Positions 17,856 to 29,723 of a DNA stretch of 64,000 nucleotides are shown in pieces. The notes beneath the pieces were generated by a model. It worked only from the letters and a program-made list of their open reading frames with translations. It was not told the DNA's origin and searched no databases. The first letter of the stretch is position 1. Each line of letters opens with the position of its first letter. The translations under genes and the position numbers were made by a program. Source of the stretch: Candidatus Latescibacterota bacterium (lineage in GTDB: Bacteria > Latescibacterota > UBA2968 > UBA8231). Location of the stretch: the NCBI GenBank assembly GCA_965248265.1, contig CBDFJF010000001.1, positions 544,001 to 608,000 on the forward strand, in the 5' to 3' direction.

Positions 17856-18578
17856 TCAATCCAGGCGAAAGCTGTCGCCCAGGTATCTGCGCCTGACCGT
17901 GTCATCTTCCGTGAGCTCACGGGCCGTGCCTTCGGTCAGAATTTCACCATCCGCCATGATGTATGCCCGGCGAGTTATTCTCAGTGTCTCGCGAACGCTG
18001 TGGTCGGTGATCAGGACTCCCAGGCCCTTGTCGGTCAGGTGGGAGATGATTCCCTGAATGTCCTCTGCGGTGCGAGGATCGATGCCGGTGAATGGTTCGT
18101 CGAGGAGCAGATAGCGTACATCCACGGCCAGCGCGCGGGCGATCTCGACCCGGCGCACCTCGCCGCCGGAAAGTGTATCAGCGCGCTGTTGGGCTCGATC
18201 CTGCAAACGCAGCTCTTCCAACAATTGACCGACCCGGGCGTTGCGTTCAGCCTTTCCGAGACCGCGGACCTCCAGAACCGCGGAGATGTTTTCTTCCACG
18301 GTCAGGCCCCGAAAAATGGAGGTCTCCTGAGGCAGGTAGCCGATCCCCTCCTGAGCCCGGCGGTACATGGACAGGCTGGTTATGTCGGCACCATCGAGGA
18401 GTATGCGGCCACCGTCCGGCTTCAGAAAACCGACGATGGTGTGAAAGGTCGTCGTCTTGCCGGCCCCGTTGGGGCCCAACAGCCCCACAATCTCTCCTTG
18501 CTCAACGGCGAGGCTCACCCCCTTCACCACTGGCTTCCTGCCGTATCCTTTGACGAGCTGATCTGTGGTCAGCGGCAA
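17856..18578 (-). CDS. lptB: LPS export ABC transporter ATPase
   Basis: GPNGAGKTT, GYLPQETSIFR, LSGGEVRRVEIARAL, LLDEPFTGIDP, ITDHSVRETL, YLG..F; GGAGG SD before TTG 18578; upstream of rpoN. Confidence 0.96.
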   Translation of the reverse strand: MPLTTDQLVKGYGRKPVVKGVSLAVEQGEIVGLLGPNGAGKTTTFHTIVGFLKPDGGRILLDGADITSLSMYRRAQEGIGYLPQETSIFRGLTVEENISAVLEVRGLGKAERNARVGQLLEELRLQDRAQQRADTLSGGEVRRVEIARALAVDVRYLLLDEPFTGIDPRTAEDIQGIISHLTDKGLGVLITDHSVRETLRITRRAYIMADGEILTEGTARELTEDDTVRRRYLGDSFRLD

Positions 18579-18585
18579 AGCGGAA

Positions 18586-20529
18586 TCAACCTCCGTTTGT
18601 GGTCTCTGTTTTCGATGAGGCAGGCACGAATTCACCTTCAACTGACTCTGACGCTTTGACCTCGAATACAGCTCCATTCTCGATGGTTATCTCCAGGCGA
18701 TTGCCGGCAACTCGGTTGACGGAGCCAGCGCGGTCGGCTCCATCCGGCACGCCCGAGTCGGTCGATCGCTTGGCCTCCTCATCCGCCAGACGCGACTGGA
18801 CCACAGCGCCCCCCTGAGCGATCACCGTAGACAATTCGCCATCGGTGAAGTTCATCTCGATGTCTGCGGCCGTAAAACGGTTGATCGCGTTGCTCTCGAG
18901 ACTACGGTGGGTAACCCTGGCGTCGCCTGTCAGCGTGATCGTTTGAACACGCTCCGAATCGAGGAGCAGGTGACCACCTCCTGCGAACCAACTTGCCTGA
19001 GCTTCGCTGGTCGCGACCGATCCCGTCAATGAGGCCGGCAGCATAACGTCCGTGACCACCCCGTCCACCAGGGTCACGATCATGGAATCGGCATGGATGG
19101 TTTCCGACTCCCTTGCGGTCAGTTCGACATCCCGAGATAGGGTCAGCCTTTCGGATCTGGAGTCGAAATGGCCTTGCTGCGCCCTCAGCGCCAGTGCTCC
19201 CGTGATCACGGAGAACGGGGCGTCCCCCGCCACATGCTGCTCCGCAAGATCCAGCGTCAACGTGCTCGCAGTGATGACGAGGGTGTCCGCCGCTCGCTGC
19301 CTGATCAACCGGGGAGATCCGCTCAGCTTTGCCCGCTCCGTGTCCAGCCAGAAAAGCACGTGCCGCGCCTGCGCCACGCCAGCAAACTCTGGCCCAGTGA
19401 GAGCGACCTCGCCGGCAGCCTCCACGCGACCGGCTTCCCGATAATAGGTGAGACTGTCTGCGACCAGGAGCCGCTCACCATCACGAAATTCGATCTGTCT
19501 TGCCGTTGTCACGTCGCCGGTTGCGGCAAAGGATGCAGGTTCGATTCGACGGTCGTACGTCAGATGTGCGGCCCTGAGGCTGCGCTCTTCCCACTCCACC
19601 TCTACCGGCGCGCCTGACGAGACCCAACGCCCGCCATCCTCATCGACACGAATTGCTTGGGCCTGCAGGCGCCAGTCCCCTTCCGCCACCACGACTGACC
19701 CGTACGCGGATGACGTCCCATCGCTCAGATCATGCTCCAGCTGATCGGCGTTGATCGTCCGCATCGAGTCCACCAGCCCTACACTTCCGGAGAACGTGAT
19801 GAGTCCGTGTTCGGCATCGAATTGGGCTCGCTCGCTGCCAATACTCTGGTCGTCCATACGGACCGTTACGGTTTCGTATGCAGCCTTCAGGAACCCGTCG
19901 CGGGGTCGACTGCTGCTGTCACGCTTGGCGCGAAGTTGCAATTCGTACGGCGCCCCGAGCTTGGTCGTGCCAGTGAGTGACCCGCTCACGTTTCTGGCGG
20001 ACCACCGCTCAAGAGAGGTGGAGGCCGATAGATCACGAAGCCGGAGCGAACCGCCCGGTCGGACTACATCGGCCCAACCGGGTACCTGCAAAAGATCGTC
20101 GGTGCGGGACCATCGGAGGCTGTCGCTGGTCAGCAAGACTGAGTCGGAGGTGACGGCAACGCTCCCCGCGAGAGTGAATCGATCCGTATCGTGCTCGAGC
20201 ACGAGCCGTCGTGCACGGAGCTGGATTCTCGCACTCCCGGTGCTGTCCCTGGCCTTGTCACGAAACTCGATCGACACACCACCTTCGCCCCGAGTAACCT
20301 TGCGTTCATCGAAATCCTGAGCGTAGGGCAGTTGGACAGTGAGGGTTGATTGCGGGCCTTGCAGGTGAATGGTCGAGTTCCAGGATTGTCGGTCCGCCTG
20401 TGGGACTGGTTCGTTGGGGTCCGGATCACCCAGCTCGTCGCTGTCACCACAGCACACCAGACAGGCGGCCACGGCTGCCCATGCTGGCAGCGCAACGGGC
20501 GTCTTGCGCATCAACCAGTGTGATGGCAA
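18586..20529 (-). CDS. Long LptC/LptA(OstA)-like beta-jellyroll protein, probable lipoprotein
   Basis: Occupies the lptC-lptA position before lptB. Signal peptide ending LVCCG; repeated (I/L)xADxL / AxGxV beta-strand motifs across 647 aa. Confidence 0.7.
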   Translation of the reverse strand: MPSHWLMRKTPVALPAWAAVAACLVCCGDSDELGDPDPNEPVPQADRQSWNSTIHLQGPQSTLTVQLPYAQDFDERKVTRGEGGVSIEFRDKARDSTGSARIQLRARRLVLEHDTDRFTLAGSVAVTSDSVLLTSDSLRWSRTDDLLQVPGWADVVRPGGSLRLRDLSASTSLERWSARNVSGSLTGTTKLGAPYELQLRAKRDSSSRPRDGFLKAAYETVTVRMDDQSIGSERAQFDAEHGLITFSGSVGLVDSMRTINADQLEHDLSDGTSSAYGSVVVAEGDWRLQAQAIRVDEDGGRWVSSGAPVEVEWEERSLRAAHLTYDRRIEPASFAATGDVTTARQIEFRDGERLLVADSLTYYREAGRVEAAGEVALTGPEFAGVAQARHVLFWLDTERAKLSGSPRLIRQRAADTLVITASTLTLDLAEQHVAGDAPFSVITGALALRAQQGHFDSRSERLTLSRDVELTARESETIHADSMIVTLVDGVVTDVMLPASLTGSVATSEAQASWFAGGGHLLLDSERVQTITLTGDARVTHRSLESNAINRFTAADIEMNFTDGELSTVIAQGGAVVQSRLADEEAKRSTDSGVPDGADRAGSVNRVAGNRLEITIENGAVFEVKASESVEGEFVPASSKTETTNGG

Positions 20530-20548
20530 CGGGGAGGAATCCCGGCCG

Positions 20549-22429
<1,881 letters not shown>

Positions 22430-22717
22430 TCAGTCCAGAATCCGCGGTACCTTGTAGTAGCGTTCCTGCATTTCCGGAGCCTGTTCGAGGAGTTCGCCGA
22501 TATGGGGAAACACTTCCGCCACGTCGCTGCGGAATGCGTTCACCATCGGCACAACGTGCGAAGTAGGCTCCACGCCATCGGTGTCGAGTTCGTTCAGCTT
22601 CTCCATGTATTGGAGAATGCGATTGAGCTCGAGGACCAGCTTCTCCTCCTCGCCGGACGAGAATTGCAACCTCGCGAGGCCCGCCACGCGACGGACGTCA
22701 TCCACGGTAACAGCCAC
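22430..22717 (-). CDS. gatC: Asp/Glu-tRNA amidotransferase subunit C
   Basis: VRRVAGLARL, ILQYMEKLNELDTDGVEPT, QAP...YYKVPRI; GGGAG SD before GTG 22717. Confidence 0.93.
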   Translation of the reverse strand: MAVTVDDVRRVAGLARLQFSSGEEEKLVLELNRILQYMEKLNELDTDGVEPTSHVVPMVNAFRSDVAEVFPHIGELLEQAPEMQERYYKVPRILD

Positions 22718-22815
22718 CTTAACCGTGCTCCCTTCTAAATTGACGGCCCAAATATGCCGTACTGCCATGGCCGGCGCAAGTTGACGAAAATCTCCTTCGA
22801 AGCTCCGAAGCCGCC

Positions 22816-22844
22816 TTGCCCGGGCTCCACCCCCACGCTATAAT
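22816..22844 (+). promoter_or_regulatory. Sigma70 promoter
   Basis: TTGCCC-17bp-TATAAT, 35 bp upstream of the CDS at 22880. Confidence 0.65.
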
Positions 22845-22879
22845 GCCTGGCCGAATACCTCACACACGTCTAAGGGAGC

Positions 22880-23368
22880 TTGGACCCTCTGCCCAGCAAA
22901 ACGTTCACAGTCGACGAAGCAAACGCCACGGTTCGCGTCCTCGAGGAGGTTTTCGAGCGCATGGACAGCAGGAGAGCCGCGCTGTTCGCTCAACACCAGA
23001 AGCTGCAGATGCTCGAGGTCATGTGGGGAGAACAGATCCGCAAGAGCGAGAACCCGGATCACGCCGAATTCAACGAGCTGCGCGCCGCCTTCGACGGAAG
23101 CATCGACGAGTTGGACCAGTTTGTCACCCGGGAGATTCGCGACCGTGGCTTGCGCTTCCCACCTGGCGGCCTGGAGAACGGGCTCATCGATTTTCCTACC
23201 ACCTACGAGGGCCGTTGGGTGTTCCTTTGCTGGCAGCGGGGCGAACCACAGGTGAGGTACTGGCATGAGATTGAAGCTGGATTCCGCGGTCGCCAGGAAA
23301 TCGCCGCCGAGCACGTCATCGCCATGGGCAAAGACGATGCCGATGACGAGTTGCATGGAGATCTCTGA
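22880..23368 (+). CDS. DUF2203 family protein
   Basis: FTVDEAN, GLIDFP...VFLCWQRGEPQVRYWH...GFRGR. Confidence 0.9.
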   Translation: MDPLPSKTFTVDEANATVRVLEEVFERMDSRRAALFAQHQKLQMLEVMWGEQIRKSENPDHAEFNELRAAFDGSIDELDQFVTREIRDRGLRFPPGGLENGLIDFPTTYEGRWVFLCWQRGEPQVRYWHEIEAGFRGRQEIAAEHVIAMGKDDADDELHGDL

Positions 23369-23371
23369 GTC

Positions 23372-24304
23372 TCAGGTCCTCCCATCTATGACGAAAGCGG
23401 CGACGAGCGCGCTCGCCGGGACCGCGTCATCGTAGCGGATCACCCACGCCGGACAGGACTCCACGACCCGCGCCAGCAGCTCCGTGCACTGCTCCCCCAG
23501 AGATTCGAGATTGTAAGTTTCCAGCAATAGGCGCCGCGCTGCCTCGGCCTGGCCCAGGCGCGCCAACGCCAGTCCCTCGCCGGGCCGGAACGAGGTAAAT
23601 AACAGCTGAGTCAGAGGCACGATCGAAGCGGTCGATCCGGATACAGAATCCAACCGATTGGGAGGGACGTGGCAGTGATCGGGGAAGCGCTTGAAACACG
23701 GTTCTTCACCGTAGGCCGAGTGCGGAAAGAGGCGCTGCGTGCGTCGGTGTACGATCAGATCACGCCGAAACGGAATCAGATCGATCTCGACACCGTGCGT
23801 GTCGGCCCGTAGCAGCCCGACTTCGTCGGTGAGGATGGTGGCGCCGTGACCGGAGAGCCCGACTATCAGAGAGGTTTTACCCGATCCCGGCGGCCCGCAG
23901 ACTAGAAGACCGGCCCCGTGCATGGCGACCGCACCGGCGTGCACCTGAATCAGCGCCCGGCAACCGCTCATGGCCTGTTGCGTCAACGTCCATTCCACGT
24001 CCAGGAAGAAATCGGCCAGATTGCGCTGACGGCATATCTCGACGCCTGCGGCACTCATGCAGTACGCGTCTACACCTGCATTTGTACCATTGTCGTCAGC
24101 GCGAGACAATCGAAAGGCGATGTCGGCGGTGCCGCTGTCCACTCGGGCCGCAGAGTAGACGGCGTTAGCCAGCTCGTGAAGTTCTGAGTCCTCCCCTTCG
24201 AGGGAGAGAAGATAGCCACCCACGCTGTAGAGGTTCATCCAACCGCTATCTCGCATGAGCCCGGGTGGGGTCAAGCCAGGCGGTTGTGTGCGTTCAGGCG
24301 GCAC
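23372..24304 (-). CDS. HPr-kinase-related P-loop kinase (start uncertain)
   Basis: VHAGAVA...GPPGSGKTSL...LTDE pattern of HprK-related kinases. Confidence 0.7.
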   Translation of the reverse strand: MPPERTQPPGLTPPGLMRDSGWMNLYSVGGYLLSLEGEDSELHELANAVYSAARVDSGTADIAFRLSRADDNGTNAGVDAYCMSAAGVEICRQRNLADFFLDVEWTLTQQAMSGCRALIQVHAGAVAMHGAGLLVCGPPGSGKTSLIVGLSGHGATILTDEVGLLRADTHGVEIDLIPFRRDLIVHRRTQRLFPHSAYGEEPCFKRFPDHCHVPPNRLDSVSGSTASIVPLTQLLFTSFRPGEGLALARLGQAEAARRLLLETYNLESLGEQCTELLARVVESCPAWVIRYDDAVPASALVAAFVIDGRT

Positions 24305-24641
24305 GGCGAGCAGGCACCGAATCGGTGTGCTCGCGCAACTGGCGCAGGATCTGCGTCTCCACGCGAATGTCTTCGGCGACGAATGATGCTCTCAACTCGT
24401 ACTGGCGCTTCTGATTGCGCGTCTGCCGCAGATCCTCCAACAGATCCGCGCAACGCGTCCGCAGCTGGCCGTACTCTTCGTCGCTGGCTATGAGTCGATT
24501 CCTCAGTATTTCGATCCGGGAGGCCACCAGATAACGGGCCACCAGGGGCACCGCCAGCAGCAAGGCAATGGTCAGCAAAAGGATCCTCTCTTGGTGTACT
24601 GGGATAAGCACTGCAGTTCGGACTACTATGTAGTACCACAA
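24294..24641 (-). CDS. Hypothetical protein, N-terminal TM plus coiled coil
   Basis: Hydrophobic ILLLTIALLLAVPLV followed by heptad pattern; GAGGAG upstream. Confidence 0.55.
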   Translation of the reverse strand: MWYYIVVRTAVLIPVHQERILLLTIALLLAVPLVARYLVASRIEILRNRLIASDEEYGQLRTRCADLLEDLRQTRNQKRQYELRASFVAEDIRVETQILRQLREHTDSVPARRAA

Positions 24642-24704
24642 AGGCTCCTCTTATTTATCGGCTTGAGCGCCGAACCCTTTGGTTTTTGGCCGCGGCCCCT
24701 TCCT

Positions 24705-24905
24705 TTACTCGACCTCCTGCCGCTCCAGATCGCTCAACAGCAGCTTGGCCAGCCGACGTTCGCGTTTGCTCGCCGTGGCCATGAGCGCGAGCATGAAATG
24801 GCAGTTCTCATCGGCGCCATACTTCTCGACCACCGCATCCACGAGCTTGCGTTTCTCCTCCGGCAGCGCCGCCCGGACATCGTCCATCAGATCCGACAGT
24901 TTCAC
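24705..24905 (-). CDS. Small helical hypothetical protein (66 aa)
   Basis: GGAGGA SD before GTG; protein-like composition; no competing long ORF. Confidence 0.65.
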   Translation of the reverse strand: MKLSDLMDDVRAALPEEKRKLVDAVVEKYGADENCHFMLALMATASKRERRLAKLLLSDLERQEVE

Positions 24906-24999
24906 ACCGTATCCTCCAGCTTCGGTTGGTCGTCCTCAGCAGGCGGCCAATTTAGCCCCGGGCACATCGGTGTCAAGGAACCCGCTGGCCACAAAAACC

Positions 25000-25028
25000 T
25001 TGACCTCTATCGCAACATATGGTAAGAT
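25000..25028 (+). promoter_or_regulatory. Sigma70 promoter upstream of smc leader
   Basis: TTGACC-17bp-TAAGAT with extended -10 TG. Confidence 0.65.
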
Positions 25029-25260
25029 ATGCCCGGTCGTGCACTAGGTATGGTGGCTTCGTCGTCCTTCCCCCTCCCCCGAAGCTGATGCTGGAGTGCT
25101 ATAGGACCAAAAGCGTCCCACTCCCCCCAGGACTATCGCCACCCAATCCCGAAGCTATCCCAAAACGTCATGGATGCGCTCGGCCATGCCCCGTTTTGAT
25201 GCATCTCACGGTACGGGCACGACCGGCACCCGAGGCAGATAACCGACAGGAGTCCGACAC

Positions 25261-28200
25261 TTGCGTCTGTCCAGCATAGAGGTATTCGGTTTCAAATCCT
25301 TCCTCAGCAAGGTTGAAATTCCGTTCGGTCTTGGCACCACCGCGATCGTAGGCCCCAACGGCTGTGGTAAATCGAATATCGTCGAGGCTATCCGCTGGGT
25401 GCTCGGTGAGCAACGGGCCGGGGCCGTCAGGGGCCAACGCATGGAGGACGTCATTTTTTCGGGAACCCGTGAGCGCAAGGCCCTGGGCATGGCGGAAGTC
25501 TCCGTTACCATCGACAACTCCAGCCATATCCTGCCGATCGAATACAGCGAGATCACCATCACCCGACGCCTTTTTCGCTCCGGCGAGAGCGACTACCTCC
25601 TCAACAAGGTTCCCTGCCGTCTGCTCGACATCCAAAACCTGTTGATGGACACGGGGTTGGGACCCGGGGCCTACAGCGTCATGGAACAGGGGATGGTTGA
25701 TGAGATCATCAGCGAAAAGACAGAGAATCGACGACGCATCCTTGAGGAGGCGGCGAGTATCACGAAGTACAAGGCCCGCCGTCGTTCAACCTGGAACAAA
25801 CTCGAATCGACCAACGCGGACCTCACCCAGCTCGAACTCCTGATCACAGAAGTCAAACGGCAGGTTGATTACCTCGGACGCCAGGTCGGGCGGGCCCGGC
25901 GCTATCAAACGCTGAAGCTGGAGCTCGACGAGAAGGAACTGCTCTACGGTCGCTTTCAATACTTCACGATCCTGGCGGAAGTTCGGCCGTTGCGGGAACA
26001 GTTCGGCGAGCTCAGCAAACGCACCGAGTCTTCACTCAGCCACTTCACTGCGCGAGAGGCCGAGCTCGAGAGCAGCAGGTTGGCTGTACTCGAGGCCGAA
26101 AAAGAACTGCAGGCCGTCAACGTTGAGTTGAACCAGTTGGTGGAGGGCATTCACGCCAAGGACCGCGAGCTCATCGCCACTCGCGAGCGACGGGAAGCCA
26201 GGGAGGAATTCGGTCGGCGGTCGTCCTCGGAGCGCGATGAGTCTCAGCGCCAGCTCGAGTCCACGTTGGCACAGTTGGATGAGACCTCCCAAAACATCGA
26301 AACGGCACAGGGTGCCCTGGCCGGATCGGGTGAGCGTCTCACTCAGGGTGAGGAGGAGGCGGCGCGACTCGATTCATCTTGTGAATCAACGCGGGCAGCC
26401 TTGGATTCGGCTCGGCGCAGTTTGCGGGAGCTGCAGCAGCAAAAGGGCGAGGCGACCCGGGGGCTGGAACGAGTGCGCACGGAGCGGGAGTCGTTGACGA
26501 CGTCGGGTAGCCAGATCGAGACCGACATCGCTCGCGTCAGCGCTGACCTGACTTCCTCACACGAACTAGCGGAGGCGACCGCAGACGAATTGAGCGAGGT
26601 GCGTGACCGCGTCGCGGCCCTGAAGGAAGATCTAGCCGGTGCAGAAGAGCGCGTGCGTGAGGTCGAAACGAAGCTGCAGGGATTGGTGAAAAAGGAGAGT
26701 TCCGTCGACCGAGGCGTCGAAGGCCATCTTGCCCGCTTGCAGATTCTGGAACGCGTGCAGTCCGGATATGAGGGAGTCGCCAGCGGCGTCCGCACCCTGG
26801 CCGTGGACTCACCACTCAAGGATACCTTTCAGGGTGTGCTCGCGGACCTTATCGAGGTCGAGCCTCGCTATTTGAAAGCCGTTGAAGCGGCCCTGGGAGA
26901 TGCCCTGGAAGCGCTGGTCGCGGACGATGAGACCGACGCCCTCAAAGCCATCTCCCATCTCAAGCAGCACACCGGAAGAGCGGCGATATTCCCGCTGAAA
27001 TGGGCACCACGCGAAGGGATAGACGCCACACCCGTCGCACCGACTATCGGGGTCGTCGGTCCTTTGCTGGACCAGGTTACCGCCACTGGTCCCGTAGCTG
27101 ACCTGCTGTCTCACCTGTTGCGGAACACCTATCTCGTGGACGACCTGGCAACATCGGTAGCGGCAGCCAAAAGCGTCCCTCACCCCATTCGTCTCGTCTC
27201 TGCGGAAGGGGACGGCGTCGATATCGACGGTCGGTTCTGGGGGGGGACCGAGGACAGTTCGGAAAGCAGCTCGCTGGCGCGCCGGGTAGAGATCGGTGAG
27301 TTGAGATCAACCCTGGCTGGAGAAAAGGCACGCCTGACGGCTCTCACCTTCAATCGCCAGGGTGCCGAGTCCAGGAGATCCATTCTCGCCAGTTATATGA
27401 CGGAGTTGGACGAGCTGTTGGCGGACCTCAAGTCGAACGAGGGCGACCTCGTGTACCGCCACGACTCTGCTCGCAGCGCCCGTGACCGCCTGACGGCCGA
27501 GCTGAGTGCTCTCGAAGCAAAGCGCGACGAAGGAAGGCGGCGAGTGCAAGGTCTTGAAGAAGCCGCGATCGGTGCCGAGGAGCGTGCCGGCACATTGCAG
27601 CGAGAGGAGGAGAGCCTGGAGCAGCGCATAGCCAGCGGAGAGCAGGAACGCCATCGGGCCGAGGAGGAGCGTCGGGAGAAGCTGGAAGCCGTGGCCGCCC
27701 TGCGCATCCAGCAGGCCCGCACGGCAGAGCAGTTCGAGGGCTTACGCAGAGACGACGACAGGCTGGGCGATTTGCGGCAGTCGTACATCTCCACCATCGA
27801 CCGTCTCGACCGTGAGATGGAGCAGGCGGACAGTGACCGGGAGAGCCTAGGCGCCGGGGAAGAACGGATCGCCGCAGAAATCGCCGAGTTGCACGGCACG
27901 CGCGAACGGCGGGTTCAGGACTCACAAAGCAAGCAGCTCAGGTGGCAGGAAGTGAAATCCCGGGAGCGGGAACTGGGTGATGAGATCTCCAAGATGCAGC
28001 GGGAGCTGAGCACGGAACGCGAGCGCCGGCACGGGATCGAGCTGAAACTTACGGAATTGGACAATGAATTGTTGCGTATCCGCGAGCATCTGCAGGAGGC
28101 CCTCTCCGTCGAGGTCGAGAGCCTTGGGCCGTTGGAGGACGACGACTTCGACAGTGAAACCACTGGGCAACGAGTCCAGCAGCTGAGAACCTCAATCCAG

Positions 28201-28827
28201 CGGTTGGGGACCGTGCACGTCGGAGTGCTGGAGGAATACGAGGAACAGAAGGAGCGCTACGATTTCCTCGTCCAACACCGAGATGATCTGCAGGCGGCGG
28301 CGGCGGACCTGCGCAAATCGCTGCAGTTCATCGACCGCACGGCCCGCCAAATGTTTCGGACAACCTTCGATGAGATCCGCGAAAAATTCCGCCACACATA
28401 CGCCCGCTTTTTTCCAGGAGGAGAAGCGGACCTCGTTCTCCAACAGGATGTAGATCCGCTGGAATCGACCATCGAGATCGTCGCCCGGCCCAGGGGAAAA
28501 CGGCCCCAGAGCATCAACCTGCTCTCAGGTGGCGAGCGAGCGCTGACGGCGATCGCTCTGTTGTTCGCCATCTACCAGGTCAAGCCGAGCCCATTCTGCA
28601 TCCTCGACGAGGTCGACGCCCCACTGGACGACTCCAACGTCGACCGCTTCCTGCGAGTGTTGACTGAATTCTCGCAGACGACCCAGTTCATCATGGTGAC
28701 GCACAACAAGCTGTCCATGGCGGCCGCAGACACCCTGCACGGTGTCACCATGCCGGAAGAAGGCGTATCGCAATTGGTCTCGGTGCGGATTGATGAAGCA
28801 GAGGCGCTTGGGGAAGCAGCGGGTTGA
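25261..28827 (+). CDS. smc: Chromosome segregation protein SMC
   Basis: GFKSF, GPNGCGKSN, long coiled coils with hinge, LSGGE, ILDEVDAPLD, QFIMVTH; 1188 aa; AGGAG SD. Confidence 0.98.
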   Translation: MRLSSIEVFGFKSFLSKVEIPFGLGTTAIVGPNGCGKSNIVEAIRWVLGEQRAGAVRGQRMEDVIFSGTRERKALGMAEVSVTIDNSSHILPIEYSEITITRRLFRSGESDYLLNKVPCRLLDIQNLLMDTGLGPGAYSVMEQGMVDEIISEKTENRRRILEEAASITKYKARRRSTWNKLESTNADLTQLELLITEVKRQVDYLGRQVGRARRYQTLKLELDEKELLYGRFQYFTILAEVRPLREQFGELSKRTESSLSHFTAREAELESSRLAVLEAEKELQAVNVELNQLVEGIHAKDRELIATRERREAREEFGRRSSSERDESQRQLESTLAQLDETSQNIETAQGALAGSGERLTQGEEEAARLDSSCESTRAALDSARRSLRELQQQKGEATRGLERVRTERESLTTSGSQIETDIARVSADLTSSHELAEATADELSEVRDRVAALKEDLAGAEERVREVETKLQGLVKKESSVDRGVEGHLARLQILERVQSGYEGVASGVRTLAVDSPLKDTFQGVLADLIEVEPRYLKAVEAALGDALEALVADDETDALKAISHLKQHTGRAAIFPLKWAPREGIDATPVAPTIGVVGPLLDQVTATGPVADLLSHLLRNTYLVDDLATSVAAAKSVPHPIRLVSAEGDGVDIDGRFWGGTEDSSESSSLARRVEIGELRSTLAGEKARLTALTFNRQGAESRRSILASYMTELDELLADLKSNEGDLVYRHDSARSARDRLTAELSALEAKRDEGRRRVQGLEEAAIGAEERAGTLQREEESLEQRIASGEQERHRAEEERREKLEAVAALRIQQARTAEQFEGLRRDDDRLGDLRQSYISTIDRLDREMEQADSDRESLGAGEERIAAEIAELHGTRERRVQDSQSKQLRWQEVKSRERELGDEISKMQRELSTERERRHGIELKLTELDNELLRIREHLQEALSVEVESLGPLEDDDFDSETTGQRVQQLRTSIQRLGTVHVGVLEEYEEQKERYDFLVQHRDDLQAAAADLRKSLQFIDRTARQMFRTTFDEIREKFRHTYARFFPGGEADLVLQQDVDPLESTIEIVARPRGKRPQSINLLSGGERALTAIALLFAIYQVKPSPFCILDEVDAPLDDSNVDRFLRVLTEFSQTTQFIMVTHNKLSMAAADTLHGVTMPEEGVSQLVSVRIDEAEALGEAAG

Positions 28828-28850
28828 TCAGCGATTGAATTTGATGGTCG

Positions 28851-29723
28851 TCAGCCGGATTCCAATCCATACGGGTCCTCGGCGAGGAGCAGTTTCGCGC
28901 GCTCGGCGGTTCGCACGTCACCACTGTTGAGCGCATCCTCGATGAAACTCGGATTGTCTTGCAGGAATTGCTTCATCGCCCCGTCGGGATCCTGAAAATA
29001 AGCCTGCAGGCGTCCGTGTTGAGCCGGGTCGACGAGTCCAGACTCGAGGAGGGCGTCGAAAAGCGTTCCATCCACCCGTAGCAACGCGCCGGCATTCACA
29101 CCGTGGCTCTGGAGGGCGTCGATCCCACCCTGAGCGCGATCGACGACGTTGACGGCAGCGCTCATGTCAGCTCCGCGATCCCGCAACGCGGGGATCCATG
29201 ACCGCAGGTAGCTGGACGCCTCGGTGACCAGATCGGCTACATGTATGGTCTTTGAACCGCTCAGGTCAGTCGTCACCTGCGCGCCGTTTTCCTCCGACCT
29301 AACCGTGGCATTGAGGTCCTTGTAGAGGTAGAGATGGGGCCGTTGCAGCCGGGCAGCCACCGCGACGGAGAAAAACCAGTCCCTTCGCTGACCTCCCGAG
29401 ATGTAGTCGCAGGCCTCCCCCGTTTCTTCGACGGCGTCCGCCAACCGATCGATGACCGCGCTGTACCTGGGATCCCGCGCGTACATGCCCGCTATTTTTT
29501 CTTGTAACTGCGCCGCGAAGGAGTCAGCATTGGGGTCGGCGTTTTCCTCGATGAAGTCCAGAAGCGCCGCCGCTTGCTGAGGACCTCCGAAGAGAAAGTG
29601 GGTGTTAATGTAATAGGGCCCGACCTTGCCCGATGTGTACCAGAACACTTCGCTGGCGGGAGCCACTCGCAGAGCCTCGCTTTCGACGAGAGCCCGGATC
29701 AATTCATGCGAGTGTGGGTTCAT
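28851..29723 (-). CDS. pyrE: Atypical orotate phosphoribosyltransferase-like protein
   Basis: FWYTSGKVGPYYINTHFL, ISGGQRRDWFFS, PRPP-binding-like VADLVTEASS, VVDR.QGG. Confidence 0.6.
   Translation of the reverse strand: MNPHSHELIRALVESEALRVAPASEVFWYTSGKVGPYYINTHFLFGGPQQAAALLDFIEENADPNADSFAAQLQEKIAGMYARDPRYSAVIDRLADAVEETGEACDYISGGQRRDWFFSVAVAARLQRPHLYLYKDLNATVRSEENGAQVTTDLSGSKTIHVADLVTEASSYLRSWIPALRDRGADMSAAVNVVDRAQGGIDALQSHGVNAGALLRVDGTLFDALLESGLVDPAQHGRLQAYFQDPDGAMKQFLQDNPSFIEDALNSGDVRTAERAKLLLAEDPYGLESG

Noticed and set aside
25261-28827. SMC-based defence system (Wadjet/Lamassu)
   Set aside because: Canonical full-length housekeeping SMC with hinge; no jetA/B/D or effector neighbours; separate scpAB is common
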